64,000 nucleotides of DNA, taken from Escherichia coli (GTDB lineage: Bacteria; Pseudomonadota; Gammaproteobacteria; Enterobacterales; Enterobacteriaceae). The stretch lies in NCBI RefSeq assembly GCF_003019035.1, contig NZ_CP027447.1. The stretch is one strand, 5' to 3'. The position numbers and the translations under genes are program-made. Below the pieces are notes generated by a model, which had not been told where the DNA came from, made no database searches, and saw only the letters and a program-made list of their open reading frames with translations. This document shows positions 1 through 11,513 of the stretch, piece after piece (within the stretch, counting starts at the first letter, position 1; every line of letters begins with the position of its first letter).

Positions 1-532
1 CCCAGGTATGTTTCTGGCACATCGTTTCATGGTTATAGCCATAGAAATTGAGCGCGGCGAGGTTAGCATCAACGATTTGGCCATCTCGTGAGGGGTCAAT
101 CAACAACATTGGTGCAGAGTTAGTCAGAAAAAAGCGCGCATAAAAACCTTGTTTTTTGCGCTGATAATTTGCCGAGCGACTGGCTTTTAAACCCAGCGTT
201 GCCGGTGCTTCGATACCTTCGAAAATAATCACCGGTTCTGCTTCTGTCAGCTTTCGCAAAACAAGCCGACAGCTCAATGCTGTTTCCTCTTCATTGCGCT
301 GAACGGTGAGGATTTCGATAATATCGTGTTGGTTTTGCAGATCGGAGAGGTATTTCGGCAGTTCTTTTTGTGAGGAGACGGAATAGGGACCGGTTCGTAG
401 TTGACTAAACGTGAGGTTTTGCATCAACAGTCGCGCCGCGCTATTGGCATAAATTAACTGTTCCTCAAAGGGCGAAACGATCCAGACAGGACTGGTGAGT
501 AAGTCCAGGGTATTGAAGTTGTGCGTAATCAT
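1..532 (-). CDS. dgcM: Diguanylate cyclase DgcM (YdaM), N-terminal part; gene runs off the window start
   Basis: Reverse-strand ORF starting ATG at 530-532 translates MITHNFNTLDLLTSPVWIVSPFEEQLIYANSAA, matching recalled DgcM N-terminus; divergent from zntB as in K-12. Confidence 0.85.
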   Translation of the reverse strand, partial: MITHNFNTLDLLTSPVWIVSPFEEQLIYANSAARLLMQNLTFSQLRTGPYSVSSQKELPKYLSDLQNQHDIIEILTVQRNEEETALSCRLVLRKLTEAEPVIIFEGIEAPATLGLKASRSANYQRKKQGFYARFFLTNSAPMLLIDPSRDGQIVDANLAALNFYGYNHETMCQKHTW

Positions 533-765
533 TGAGATCCCGTTATTTTTATCAATTTTTGTTGCTATCCGATCGCAAAAAAGCCACGTCATATGATCAG
601 ATAATTCTGATAATGATAGACGCTATTTAACACTTCACACGGTTTGTATATGGAAAAGCATTTTGCTTTTTGTATTCAATTTAGACAGAATTTTATTAAT
701 CATTTCAGGGTAATGGGGTGATGAGATGTTGCGTAACAGGGCCAGAAGGCTAGACTACAAAATAA

Positions 766-1770
<1,005 letters not shown>

Positions 1771-1816
1771 CAAAAGCAATTTCTCCGGGATTCTGTATAC
1801 AAAAACGCCGTAAAGT

Positions 1817-1830
1817 TTGAGCGAAGTCAA
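1817..1830. promoter_or_regulatory. FNR box (TTGAG-N4-GTCAA) centred about 42 bp upstream of the fnrS start, class II position
   Basis: Near-palindromic match to TTGAT-N4-ATCAA consensus immediately upstream of fnrS. Confidence 0.6.
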
Positions 1831-1865
1831 TAAACTCCCTACCTATTCAGGGCAATATCTCTCTC

Positions 1866-1987
1866 GCAGGTGAATGCAACGTCAAGCGATGGGCGTTGCG
1901 CTCCATATTGTCTTACTTCCTTTTTTGAATTACTGCATAGCACAATTGATTCGTACGACGCCGACTTTGATGAGTCGGCTTTTTTTT
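1866..1987 (+). ncRNA. fnrS: FnrS small RNA (FNR-activated, Hfq-dependent)
   Basis: Sequence GCAGGUGAAUGCAACGUCAAGCGAUGGGCGUUGCGCUCC... ending in GC-rich hairpin GCCGACUUUGAUGAGUCGGC plus U-run; matches recalled FnrS and its zntB-dbpA position. Confidence 0.85.
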
Positions 1988-2044
1988 GCCTGTTATTTAT
2001 CAGCGTCTACCCTTTAAGAGTCCACCCAATGACCGGAGGGAAAT

Positions 2045-2218
2045 ATGACGACACTTATTTATTTGCAAATTCCTGTCCCTGAACCGATTCCTGGCGATCC
2101 TGTTCCAGTGCCCGATCCGATCCCTCGCCCGCAACCCATGCCTGACCCACCACCCGATGAAGAACCGATTAAATTGTCGCATCGTGAGCGTAGATCTGCG
2201 AGGATACGCGCCTGCTAA
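2045..2218 (+). CDS. Candidate small protein, 57 aa, proline-rich (MTTLIYLQIPVPEPIPGDPVPVPDPIPRPQPMPDPPPDEEPIKLSHRERRSARIRAC)
   Basis: ATG preceded by GGAGG at 5 nt spacing; below the ORF-track length cutoff; lies between the fnrS terminator and the dbpA start. Confidence 0.35.
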   Translation: MTTLIYLQIPVPEPIPGDPVPVPDPIPRPQPMPDPPPDEEPIKLSHRERRSARIRAC

Positions 2219-2247
2219 CTTTGCGTCGATGACCACGAGAATAGATT

Positions 2248-3621
2248 GTGACCGCTTTTTCTACCCTGAATGTTTTGCCTCCCGCCCAACTCACGAACCT
2301 TAATGAGTTGGGTTATTTAACCATGACGCTGGTGCAGGCCGCCGCGCTTCCGGCGATCCTTGCCGGAAAAGATGTTCGCGTGCAGGCGAAAACCGGCAGC
2401 GGCAAAACGGCGGCTTTTGGCCTCGGGCTGCTACAGAAAATTGATGCGTCGCTATTTCAGACCCAGGCTTTAGTGCTGTGTCCTACGCGTGAACTGGCGG
2501 ATCAGGTGGCAGGTGAATTGCGTCGGCTGGCGCGTTTTCTGCCAAATACCAAAATTTTGACGTTGTGCGGTGGTCAACCGTTCGGTATGCAGCGTGATTC
2601 GTTGCAACATGCGCCGCATATTATCGTGGCAACGCCGGGTCGTTTGCTGGATCACTTGCAAAAAGGCACGGTATCACTGGATGCGCTGAATACTTTGGTG
2701 ATGGATGAGGCCGACCGCATGCTGGATATGGGATTTAGCGATGCCATTGATGATGTCATCCGTTTTGCGCCTGCATCTCGACAGACGCTTTTGTTTTCGG
2801 CAACCTGGCCGGAAGCCATCACCGCAATCAGCGGACGAGTGCAACGCGATCCTTTAGCGATTGAAATTGACTCAACAGATGCTCTGCCACCTATTGAACA
2901 ACAATTTTATGAGACATCCAGCAAAGGCAAAATTCCGCTGTTGCAACGGTTATTAAGTTTGCATCAGCCATCCTCTTGCGTGGTGTTTTGCAATACCAAA
3001 AAAGATTGTCAGGCTGTCTGCGACGCGCTGAATGACATAGGGCAAAGTGCATTGTCGTTACATGGCGATCTGGAGCAACGTGACCGCGATCAGACCCTGG
3101 TACGTTTTGCTAACGGTAGCGCTCGTGTGCTGGTCGCGACGGATGTTGCTGCGCGTGGTCTTGATATTAAATCGCTTGAGCTGGTAGTGAACTTTGAACT
3201 GGCGTGGGACCCTGAAGTTCATGTACATCGCATCGGTCGTACAGCGCGTGCAGGAAATAGCGGTCTGGCGATCAGTTTCTGTGCCCCGGAAGAAGCACAG
3301 CGGGCCAATATCATTTCTGACATGTTGCAGATAAAACTTAACTGGCAAACGCCGCCAGTTAATAGTTCCATTGTGCCGCTGGAAGCAGAAATGGCAACGT
3401 TATGTATCGATGGCGGGAAAAAAGCCAAAATGCGCCCGGGTGATGTATTAGGTGCGCTGACAGGAGACATCGGGCTTGATGGCGCAGATATTGGCAAAAT
3501 CGCCGTGCATCCGGCGCATGTCTATGTCGCGGTGCGTCAGGCTGTTGCTCATAAAGCATGGAAACAGTTACAGGGCGGGAAGATTAAAGGAAAAACGTGC
3601 CGGGTGCGGTTATTAAAATAA
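2248..3621 (+). CDS. dbpA: ATP-dependent RNA helicase DbpA (DEAD-box, 23S rRNA specific), 457 aa
   Basis: ORF track; Walker A AKTGSGKT, DEAD motif VMDEAD, SAT motif. Confidence 0.95.
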   Translation: MTAFSTLNVLPPAQLTNLNELGYLTMTLVQAAALPAILAGKDVRVQAKTGSGKTAAFGLGLLQKIDASLFQTQALVLCPTRELADQVAGELRRLARFLPNTKILTLCGGQPFGMQRDSLQHAPHIIVATPGRLLDHLQKGTVSLDALNTLVMDEADRMLDMGFSDAIDDVIRFAPASRQTLLFSATWPEAITAISGRVQRDPLAIEIDSTDALPPIEQQFYETSSKGKIPLLQRLLSLHQPSSCVVFCNTKKDCQAVCDALNDIGQSALSLHGDLEQRDRDQTLVRFANGSARVLVATDVAARGLDIKSLELVVNFELAWDPEVHVHRIGRTARAGNSGLAISFCAPEEAQRANIISDMLQIKLNWQTPPVNSSIVPLEAEMATLCIDGGKKAKMRPGDVLGALTGDIGLDGADIGKIAVHPAHVYVAVRQAVAHKAWKQLQGGKIKGKTCRVRLLK

Positions 3622-3668
3622 TGAAATGTTGAATTGCCGGGTGCAAGAGTAAACATCTTATTCGGGAT

Positions 3669-3750
3669 TGCCGGATGCGACGCTGGCCGCGTCTTCTCCG
3701 GCCTCCATAAGAGTAGCCCGATAAGCTTGCGCATCGGGCGCTATCCGGGT
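3669..3750. repeat. REP/BIME-like extragenic palindromes between convergent dbpA and ttcA
   Basis: GCCGGATGCGACGCTGGCCGCGTCTTCTCCGGCC and a second palindrome CCCGATAAGC...GCGCATCGGGC. Confidence 0.6.
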
Positions 3751-4685
3751 TATTTCACTTCAACCACATTCAGTCGTAACTCATCCAACTGATTTTCATC
3801 TTCTTCAGGCTGCCAACCCGCCGGTTGTAGAGGGATCTCTTCGCGATCAAACGCCAGATCACCCCCGTTAACCACTTCAGAACCGTGGGTAATGCCTTTG
3901 AAATCGAACAGGTTGGTATCGCACAGATGCGACGGCACCACATTCTGCATCGCGCTGAACATCGTCTCGATACGCCCCGGATAACGTTTATCCCAGTCAC
4001 GCAACATGTCAGCAATCACCTGACGTTGCAGGTTAGGCTGTGAACCGCACAGGTTGCACGGAATAATCGGGAACGCTTTTGCATCGGCAAAGCGCTGAAT
4101 ATCTTTCTCGCGGCAGTAGGCCAGCGGACGAATAACGATATGTTTGCCATCATCGCTCATCAGTTTCGGAGGCATACCTTTCATCTTGCCGCCGTAGAAC
4201 ATATTTAAGAACAGCGTTTGCAGGATATCGTCACGATGGTGACCCAACGCGATCTTCGTCGCCCCCAGTTCCGTTGCGGTGCGATAAAGGATACCGCGAC
4301 GAAGACGAGAACACAGTGAGCAAGTGGTTTTGCCCTCCGGAATCTTCTCTTTCACGATACCGTAAGTGTTCTCTTCCACAATCTTGTACTCAACGCCCAG
4401 CTTTTCAAGATACTCGGGCAGAACGTGTTCCGGGAAGCCCGGTTGTTTTTGATCGAGGTTAACAGCCACCAGCGAAAAATTGATTGGCGCGCTTTGCTGC
4501 AAATTGCGCAGAATTTCCAGCATGGTATAGCTGTCTTTACCCCCGGAGAGGCAAACCATGATGCGATCGCCTTCTTCAATCATATTGAAGTCAGCAATGG
4601 CTTCGCCCACGTTACGACGCAGACGTTTTTGTAATTTGTTCAGGTTGTATTGTTCTTTCTTACTAATTTCTTGATTTTGCGACAT
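3750..4685 (-). CDS. ttcA: tRNA 2-thiocytidine(32) synthetase TtcA, 311 aa
   Basis: ORF track; PP-loop SGGKDS and CxxC pairs; N-terminus [10 protein letters not shown]. Confidence 0.93.
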   Translation of the reverse strand: MSQNQEISKKEQYNLNKLQKRLRRNVGEAIADFNMIEEGDRIMVCLSGGKDSYTMLEILRNLQQSAPINFSLVAVNLDQKQPGFPEHVLPEYLEKLGVEYKIVEENTYGIVKEKIPEGKTTCSLCSRLRRGILYRTATELGATKIALGHHRDDILQTLFLNMFYGGKMKGMPPKLMSDDGKHIVIRPLAYCREKDIQRFADAKAFPIIPCNLCGSQPNLQRQVIADMLRDWDKRYPGRIETMFSAMQNVVPSHLCDTNLFDFKGITHGSEVVNGGDLAFDREEIPLQPAGWQPEEDENQLDELRLNVVEVK

Positions 4686-4828
4686 TTAAAAGCGACTCAA
4701 TTCGTTATATGGCATCAGAAGAGTATGCGTCATGCCGGAACGCCCAGCATAAGAAATCTGATATAAAAACTGTGGCGTGTATGGTACGGATTAGAGGGGA
4801 AAATGTCAGCACATTTGCGAAATGAATC

Positions 4829-4857
4829 AAAAAGCCCGCAGCAATGTGCGGGCGTTA
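4829..4857 (-). terminator. Rho-independent terminator of uspF
   Basis: Hairpin GCCCGCA...TGCGGGC followed by a T-run on the minus strand, directly after the uspF stop. Confidence 0.6.
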
Positions 4858-4860
4858 GTG

Positions 4861-5376
<516 letters not shown>

Positions 5377-5404
5377 TTAGATCAAAGGAGGAAGAATAAG
5401 CAGA

Positions 5405-5430
5405 AAAAGCCCGCCATAACAGCGGGCAGG
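5405..5430 (-). terminator. Rho-independent terminator of ompN
   Basis: Minus-strand hairpin CCTGCCCGCTGTTATGGCGGGC followed by TTTTT. Confidence 0.6.
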
Positions 5431-5435
5431 AGGAT

Positions 5436-6554
5436 TTAGAACTGATAAACCAGACCTAAAGCGACAATATCATCGGTAGAGATGCCGTTGGCAGCGTAGA
5501 AGCTGTCATCTTCATCCAACAGGTTGATTTTATAGTCAACGTAGGTGGACATATTTTTGTTGAAATAGTAAGTCGCGCCAACATCGGCGTATTTAACCAG
5601 ATCTTTATCACCGTCGGTACCGACCAAATCCTTGCCTTTAGACATCAGGAAAGAGACTGCCGGACGCAGCCCAAAATCGAACTGATACTGCGCAGTAACT
5701 TCAAAGTTCTGGGTTTTGTTGGCAATCGTATTTGTTGAATCACCGTAAGGTGTCATGTTACGCGTTTCAGAATACATGGTCGCCAGGTAGATATTGTTAG
5801 CATCGTATTTTGCCCCGGCAGTCCAGGCGTCAGCCTTATCGCCTTTTGCGGTAGAGAATTCAGCCTGCTGGTTAGTGCGATCGGAGCTGGTATAGGCGGC
5901 ACCAAAACTCATGCCCATACCTAAGTCGTAGGTAGTGGAGATGCCAAAACCGTCGCCATTGGCGTTCTTAATGTTTCGATCACCACCGTTTGCGGTACCT
6001 TCTTGCTCATGGGTGACCTGGTTTTCATTCGCGCCCTGGTACTGTAACGCAAAATTCAGACCATCAACCAGACCGAAGAAATCAGTATTACGATAGGTTG
6101 CTACGCCATTGGCTCGACCGGTCATATAGTTATCGGCTTTGGTATAAGAGTCACCACCGAATTCCGGTAGCATATCGGTCCAGCCTTCGATGTCGTACAT
6201 TACGCCATAATTACGACCATAGTCGAATGAACCCAGGTCACCAAATTTCAGACCGGCAAAAGCAAGACGAGTCCAGGAATCACCTTTATCACCTTCAGAG
6301 CCATTAGCCTGCACGTTATATTCCCACTGGCCATACCCAACCAGTTGATCCGTGATTTGCGTTTCACCCTTAAAACCAAAACGCACGTAAGTTTGATCAC
6401 CATCACTATTGGTATTATCAGAAAAATAATGCAGGCCATCAACTTTGCCATACAGATCTAATTTGTTGCCGTCTTTATTATAAACTTCGGCTGCATGTGC
6501 AGCACCTGCGGCGAGCAGGGCAGGAATTAAAAGTGCCAGTACTTTGCTTTTCAT
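5436..6554 (-). CDS. ompN: Outer membrane porin OmpN (OmpC/OmpF family), 372 aa
   Basis: ORF track; signal peptide [22 protein letters not shown]-terminal ...LGLVYQF. Confidence 0.92.
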   Translation of the reverse strand: MKSKVLALLIPALLAAGAAHAAEVYNKDGNKLDLYGKVDGLHYFSDNTNSDGDQTYVRFGFKGETQITDQLVGYGQWEYNVQANGSEGDKGDSWTRLAFAGLKFGDLGSFDYGRNYGVMYDIEGWTDMLPEFGGDSYTKADNYMTGRANGVATYRNTDFFGLVDGLNFALQYQGANENQVTHEQEGTANGGDRNIKNANGDGFGISTTYDLGMGMSFGAAYTSSDRTNQQAEFSTAKGDKADAWTAGAKYDANNIYLATMYSETRNMTPYGDSTNTIANKTQNFEVTAQYQFDFGLRPAVSFLMSKGKDLVGTDGDKDLVKYADVGATYYFNKNMSTYVDYKINLLDEDDSFYAANGISTDDIVALGLVYQF

Positions 6555-6781
6555 TGAATAAATCCTTTAGTTATTTTATTTGCCTTTTATCCCCATTTCG
6601 GGGAGTGAAAACATCCTAAAGGAGAAGTTCAGTTAGCCGATAAATATCATTTGTTACGCCTTAAGTAAAACCTTAATCAAATAATTCCTCTGAAATGATA
6701 ATAAGTCTGGTGAATGTATCGAAGATAATACATACAAAATAAAAATTATACTTTTAATTTGCTATACGTTATTCTTCGCGG

Positions 6782-6890
6782 GTTATATGCCTTTATTGTC
6801 ACAGATTTTATTTTCTGTTGGGCCATTGCATTGCCACTGATTTTCCAACATATAAAAAGACAAGCCCGAACAGTCGTCCGGGCTTTTTTT
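6782..6890 (+). ncRNA. micC: MicC small RNA (represses ompC)
   Basis: GUUAUAUGCCUUUAUUGUCACAGAUUUUAUUUUCUGUUGGGCCAUUGC... ending in hairpin CCCGAACAGUCGUCCGGGC plus U8; matches recalled MicC and its ompN-ydbK position. Confidence 0.85.
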
Positions 6891-6919
6891 TAGAATTGGA
6901 TAATCCTTATCCAGAGCAT

Positions 6920-9900
6920 TTAATCGGTGTTGCTTTTTTCCGCTTTTCCGGCCATTTGTGCCAGGAAGTCATAGCGTTTTTGCAAATCAGCTGCAGCATC
7001 TTTCCATAACTGTTCTGCCACTTCTGGCTGCTGCGAATTCAGACGACGGAAACGCTGCTCGTGAAGTAACGTTTCTTCCAGTGCTTCTGACGGCGGGCGT
7101 GAATCCAGCGCCAGCGGCAGTTTGCCTTCATCGGCACGACGAGGATCGAAGCGATATAGCGGCCAGAAGCCGGTAGCAGTGAGTTGGCGCATCTGGTCGT
7201 GGCTGAGAGCCAGATCGTAACCATGCTCTTCACACGGGCTATAAGCGATGATCAGCGATGGCCCCGGATACGCTTCCGCTTCCTGAATCGCTTTCACCGT
7301 CTGGTTCAGCTGTGCGCCGAGAGAAATCTGCGCCACATAAACATGACCGTACATCATCATACTGACGCCAAGATCTTTACGCGCTTTACGTTTGCCGTGC
7401 TCGCCAAACTTAGTTACTGCACCCAGCGGTGTCGCTTTCGACGCCTGGCCACCGGTGTTGGAATAGCATTGCGTATCCAGCACCAGAATGTTGACGTTTT
7501 CCGTCAAACTCAATACATGATCCAGACCACCAAAGCCGATATCGTAAGCCCAGCCGTCACCACCAATCAGCCAGATTGATTTTTCCACCAGAGCATCTGC
7601 GTCACGTAGCAGTTCATGTGCTTCGGCAACATCGTTGAGTTGCTGGCGTAAAGCTGCAACCTGTTCACGACGAATCTCTGGCGTAGCGTCTGATTTCAAC
7701 GCAGTCAGTAATTCCGCCGGGATTTTATCGGCAAATTGATCCAGCAGACGCAGCACGCGGACACGGTGTTGATCGACCGTCAGGCGGAAACCCAGGCCAA
7801 ATTCGGCGTTATCTTCAAACAGCGAGTTCGCCCATGCCGGCCCGCGACCGTTGGCATCGGTAGTATACGGTGTAGAGGGCAGGTTACCGCCATAAATTGA
7901 AGAACATCCAGTGGCGTTAGCGATCAACATCCGGTCGCCATACAGCTGAGTCAGCAATTTAATATACGGCGTCTCGCCACAACCGGAGCAAGCACCGGAA
8001 TATTCAAACAGCGGTGTAATCAGCTGTGATGTACGAATATCAATACGTTCCAGTTTGCTACGGTCGATTTCTGGCAGGTTGAGGAAGAAATCGTAATTGA
8101 TTTTCTCTTCTTCGACATGTTCCAGCCGCGACATCATATTGATGGCTTTAATCTCTGGATTCTGACGGTCTTTCGCCGGGCAAACTTCGACGCACAGGTT
8201 ACAACCGGTGCAATCTTCCGGAGCCACCTGCAAGACATATTTCTGCCCGCGCATATCACGCGATTTCACATCCAGCGAATGCAGGCTGGCAGGGGCGTTT
8301 TCCATCGCTTCAGGCGGTACCACTTTTGCGCGAATAGCTGAGTGTGGGCAAGCAGCGACGCAGTGGTTACATTGGGTACAGAGTTCCTCTTTCCAGATGG
8401 GGATCTCTTCGGCGATATTGCGTTTTTCCCAGCGCGTGGTGCCCATCGGCCAGGTGCCGTCTGGCGGCAGCGCCGAAACGGGGAGGGCATCACCAAGCCC
8501 GGCGAGCATCGCCGCGGTTACGGTTTTCACGAAATCAGGGGCGGCATCGGAAACCACTGGCGGTCGATTGGCGCTGTGCGGATTTACTGGTTGCAGCGGA
8601 ACTTCTTCTACGGATTCACGTGCCAGCGCCAGAGCCTGCCAGTTGCGTTCCACCAGATCCTGACCTTTGCTACTGTAACTTTTGGCAATCGCACCCTGCA
8701 ATTCTGCGAGGGCGCTATCGCCAGGCAGAATTTGCGTAAGATGGAAAAAAGCCATCTGCATGACGGTATTAATACGGGCCGCCAGGCCACATTCGCGGGC
8801 GATTTTCGCCGCGTTAATCACATAGAAGCGCGCTTTTTTCTGGTTTAACACGGCCTGAACTTCCTGCGGCAAGCGCGACCATACTTCATCTGCGCTGTAC
8901 GGCGTGTTGAGCAGGAAAATGCCGCCAGGTTTTAAACGTTCAGCCATCTGATATTTATCGATAAACTGCAACTGGTGGCAGCCAACAAAATCAGCCTGGG
9001 AAATCAGATAAGCGGAACGAATCGGCTGTTCGCTCACGCGAAGGTGAGAAACCGTCAGGCCGCCCGCCTTTTTGGAGTCGTAAACAAAATAGCCCTGTGC
9101 GTACCACGGCGTGGAATTACCGATAATCTTGATATTGTTTTTGGTCGCGGAAACGCTGCCATCACTACCAAGGCCATAAAACAAGGCTTCAAGTTTCGCC
9201 GAGTTTGGCAGGGTGTTTTCCGGCAACGGCAGTGACAGATTGGTCACATCATCGTAAATACCAACCGTAAAGCGCGCTTTCGGTTTAGCCGCGTTGAGCT
9301 CGGCAAATACCGCCAGTACACAGTCCGGGCCAAATTCTTTGGATGAAAGACCATAGCGCCCACCAATGACACGGGGCAGGGTTTCGCGCTCGCCATTATT
9401 AAAGGCTTCTGCCAGTGCGGTCATCACATCCAGGTACAGGGGTTCCGCTTGCGCACCTGGCTCTTTGGTGCGATCCAGCACCGCCACTGTCCGAACAGAG
9501 TCCGGCAACGCTTGCAGTAAGTGTTTGGCGGAGAAGGGGCGGTACAGGCGAACTTTCAGCACGCCGACTTTTTCGCCACGGGTTAGCAATTCATCAACCA
9601 CTTCTTCACAGGTGCCAATGGCTGAGCCCATCAGGATAATCACCCGTTCCGCTTGCGGATGCCCATAATACTCAAACGGCTGATACTGACGACCTGTCGC
9701 GGCAGCGAAATCATTCATCGCCTGTTCAACATGGTCATAGACCGCGTTGTACCAGGGGTTGGTGGCTTCGCGAGACTGGAAATAAGTGTCAGGATTGGCG
9801 GACGTACCGCGGATCACCGGATGTTCCGGGTTGAGCGCCCGGGCGCGATGAGCATCAATTTCGGCCTGCGGCATGAGATCAAGAATAGTGTCATCGGCCA

Positions 9901-10444
9901 GCGGGACAATTTTATTGATTTCGTGGGACGTGCGGAAACCATCAAAGAAATGAATAAATGGCACGCGGCTTTTCAGCGTCGCGATGTGCGAAATGAGAGC
10001 AAAGTCTTGCGCTTCCTGGACGTTTGCCGCACACAACATCGCGCAACCCGTCTGGCGCACCGCCATAACGTCGGAATGATCGCCAAAAATAGAGAGTGCA
10101 TGTGTGGCAACGGTACGTGCCGCTACATGCAGGACAAACGGTGTGAGTTCGCCTGCCAGTTTGTACAGCGTCGGGATCATCAGCAGCAAACCCTGCGATG
10201 ACGTAAACGATGTTGAAAGGGCACCCGTCTGCAAAGCGCCATGCACGGTAGCGATAGCACCCGCTTCCGACTGCATTTCAACCACGCGTGGTGTGTCTCC
10301 CCAAACGTTCTTCAAGCCGTTTCCGGCCCAGGCATCAGCCTGTTCTGCCATCGTGGAACTGGGGGTAATAGGGTAGATGGCGATAACTTCACTGGTGCGA
10401 AACGCCACCGAAGCAACCGCGCCATTACCGTCAATAGTAATCAT
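6920..10444 (-). CDS. ydbK: Pyruvate:flavodoxin/ferredoxin oxidoreductase (PFOR, NifJ-like), 1174 aa
   Basis: ORF track; two ferredoxin-type CxxCxxCxxxCP motifs and TPP-binding GDG region. Confidence 0.93.
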   Translation of the reverse strand: MITIDGNGAVASVAFRTSEVIAIYPITPSSTMAEQADAWAGNGLKNVWGDTPRVVEMQSEAGAIATVHGALQTGALSTSFTSSQGLLLMIPTLYKLAGELTPFVLHVAARTVATHALSIFGDHSDVMAVRQTGCAMLCAANVQEAQDFALISHIATLKSRVPFIHFFDGFRTSHEINKIVPLADDTILDLMPQAEIDAHRARALNPEHPVIRGTSANPDTYFQSREATNPWYNAVYDHVEQAMNDFAAATGRQYQPFEYYGHPQAERVIILMGSAIGTCEEVVDELLTRGEKVGVLKVRLYRPFSAKHLLQALPDSVRTVAVLDRTKEPGAQAEPLYLDVMTALAEAFNNGERETLPRVIGGRYGLSSKEFGPDCVLAVFAELNAAKPKARFTVGIYDDVTNLSLPLPENTLPNSAKLEALFYGLGSDGSVSATKNNIKIIGNSTPWYAQGYFVYDSKKAGGLTVSHLRVSEQPIRSAYLISQADFVGCHQLQFIDKYQMAERLKPGGIFLLNTPYSADEVWSRLPQEVQAVLNQKKARFYVINAAKIARECGLAARINTVMQMAFFHLTQILPGDSALAELQGAIAKSYSSKGQDLVERNWQALALARESVEEVPLQPVNPHSANRPPVVSDAAPDFVKTVTAAMLAGLGDALPVSALPPDGTWPMGTTRWEKRNIAEEIPIWKEELCTQCNHCVAACPHSAIRAKVVPPEAMENAPASLHSLDVKSRDMRGQKYVLQVAPEDCTGCNLCVEVCPAKDRQNPEIKAINMMSRLEHVEEEKINYDFFLNLPEIDRSKLERIDIRTSQLITPLFEYSGACSGCGETPYIKLLTQLYGDRMLIANATGCSSIYGGNLPSTPYTTDANGRGPAWANSLFEDNAEFGLGFRLTVDQHRVRVLRLLDQFADKIPAELLTALKSDATPEIRREQVAALRQQLNDVAEAHELLRDADALVEKSIWLIGGDGWAYDIGFGGLDHVLSLTENVNILVLDTQCYSNTGGQASKATPLGAVTKFGEHGKRKARKDLGVSMMMYGHVYVAQISLGAQLNQTVKAIQEAEAYPGPSLIIAYSPCEEHGYDLALSHDQMRQLTATGFWPLYRFDPRRADEGKLPLALDSRPPSEALEETLLHEQRFRRLNSQQPEVAEQLWKDAAADLQKRYDFLAQMAGKAEKSNTD

Positions 10445-10717
10445 ATGACACCCTTACATTGCGCAAATGAGGGGCGCACGAAATTGCTGCGCGCCCAGTA
10501 GTAATCCTTCAATTTTAGCAAATGGCTTTCTTCTGCATTTTCGCTTTTGTGTCCCCCACATCAGCGTAATGAATGTTTTGATCAAACAGAGGGCAAAAAA
10601 ATAGCCATAAAAAAGTAAAAATGCGGGGCAACGCGCAGGACAGCTCTCGACGCCGCCCTCTGTGCTGCCTATTATTTATGGCGGTGTCGTTTGGCTTGAA
10701 GATCAGAGGAAGAAAAG

Positions 10718-10984
10718 ATGCGAGCAGCGTTTTGGGTAGGGTGTGCCGCTTTATTGTTGTCGGCGTGTAGTAGTGAACCTGTTCAGCAGGCGACTGCGGC
10801 GCACGTAGCGCCAGGTTTAAAAGCGTCGATGTCCAGTAGTGGAGAAGCAAATTGTGCAATGATCGGCGGTTCGCTTTCTGTTGCCCGTCAACTGGATGGT
10901 ACGGCGATTGGGATGTGTGCATTACCCAACGGCAAACGCTGTAGCGAACAGTCACTTGCCGCCGGGAGCTGTGGCAGCTATTAA
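10718..10984 (+). CDS. ydbJ: Small lipoprotein YdbJ (DUF333), 88 aa
   Basis: ORF track; lipobox LLLSAC. Confidence 0.85.
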   Translation: MRAAFWVGCAALLLSACSSEPVQQATAAHVAPGLKASMSSSGEANCAMIGGSLSVARQLDGTAIGMCALPNGKRCSEQSLAAGSCGSY

Positions 10985-11403
10985 TTCATTAAATCCGCCA
11001 GCTTATAAGTTAATGTCTGTTTCGCGGTCGCCAGCGTTAACTGGTTCGCGGTCAGATCCACTTGTGCACCTTCTTTCAGCATTTCGCTAATGGTGTTATC
11101 GAGTTCATTAAGCTGCGGGTTAGCGCACATCATACGGGTCATTGCCAGCCCTTTGGCTGTCAGTTCACCATTAGACAGTTTGCCTTCACCGCTAAAGCGG
11201 TTACACATGCTGCCGGAAATCATCATTTTTTCACCAAAGCTGATTTCTGGCGGATTTTTATCGCTGGTCACGGGCTTACCGTTTACGCTTTCCAGCACAA
11301 AGCGATGATGCTGTAGCTGTTCTGGCGTAACAGCAATTTTGTCATTACTTACACATCCCGCCATCAGCAGGCTTAGCGCAACAAACGCGGCTACTTTCTT
11401 CAT
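10981..11403 (-). CDS. hslJ: Heat-shock lipoprotein HslJ, 140 aa
   Basis: ORF track frame; start at MKKVAAFVALSLLMAGC (lipobox). Confidence 0.9.
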   Translation of the reverse strand: MKKVAAFVALSLLMAGCVSNDKIAVTPEQLQHHRFVLESVNGKPVTSDKNPPEISFGEKMMISGSMCNRFSGEGKLSNGELTAKGLAMTRMMCANPQLNELDNTISEMLKEGAQVDLTANQLTLATAKQTLTYKLADLMN

Positions 11404-11513
11404 TGTGGTTCTCAATTACAGTTTCTGACTCACGACTATTTTAAGAATAGAGAATGAAAGGTCATTGGGGATTATCTGAATCAGCTCCCCTGGATTGCAG
11501 GGGAGCGGCAAGA

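Noticed and set aside
1870-2082. 70-aa plus-strand ORF (MNATSSDGRCAPY...)
   Set aside because: Coincides with the FnrS sRNA and its terminator; GTG start without RBS; explained by the RNA gene.
10515-10955. 146-aa minus-strand ORF overlapping ydbJ and the ydbK promoter region
   Set aside because: Overlaps the ydbJ lipoprotein gene on the opposite strand; no RBS; composition consistent with chance ORF.
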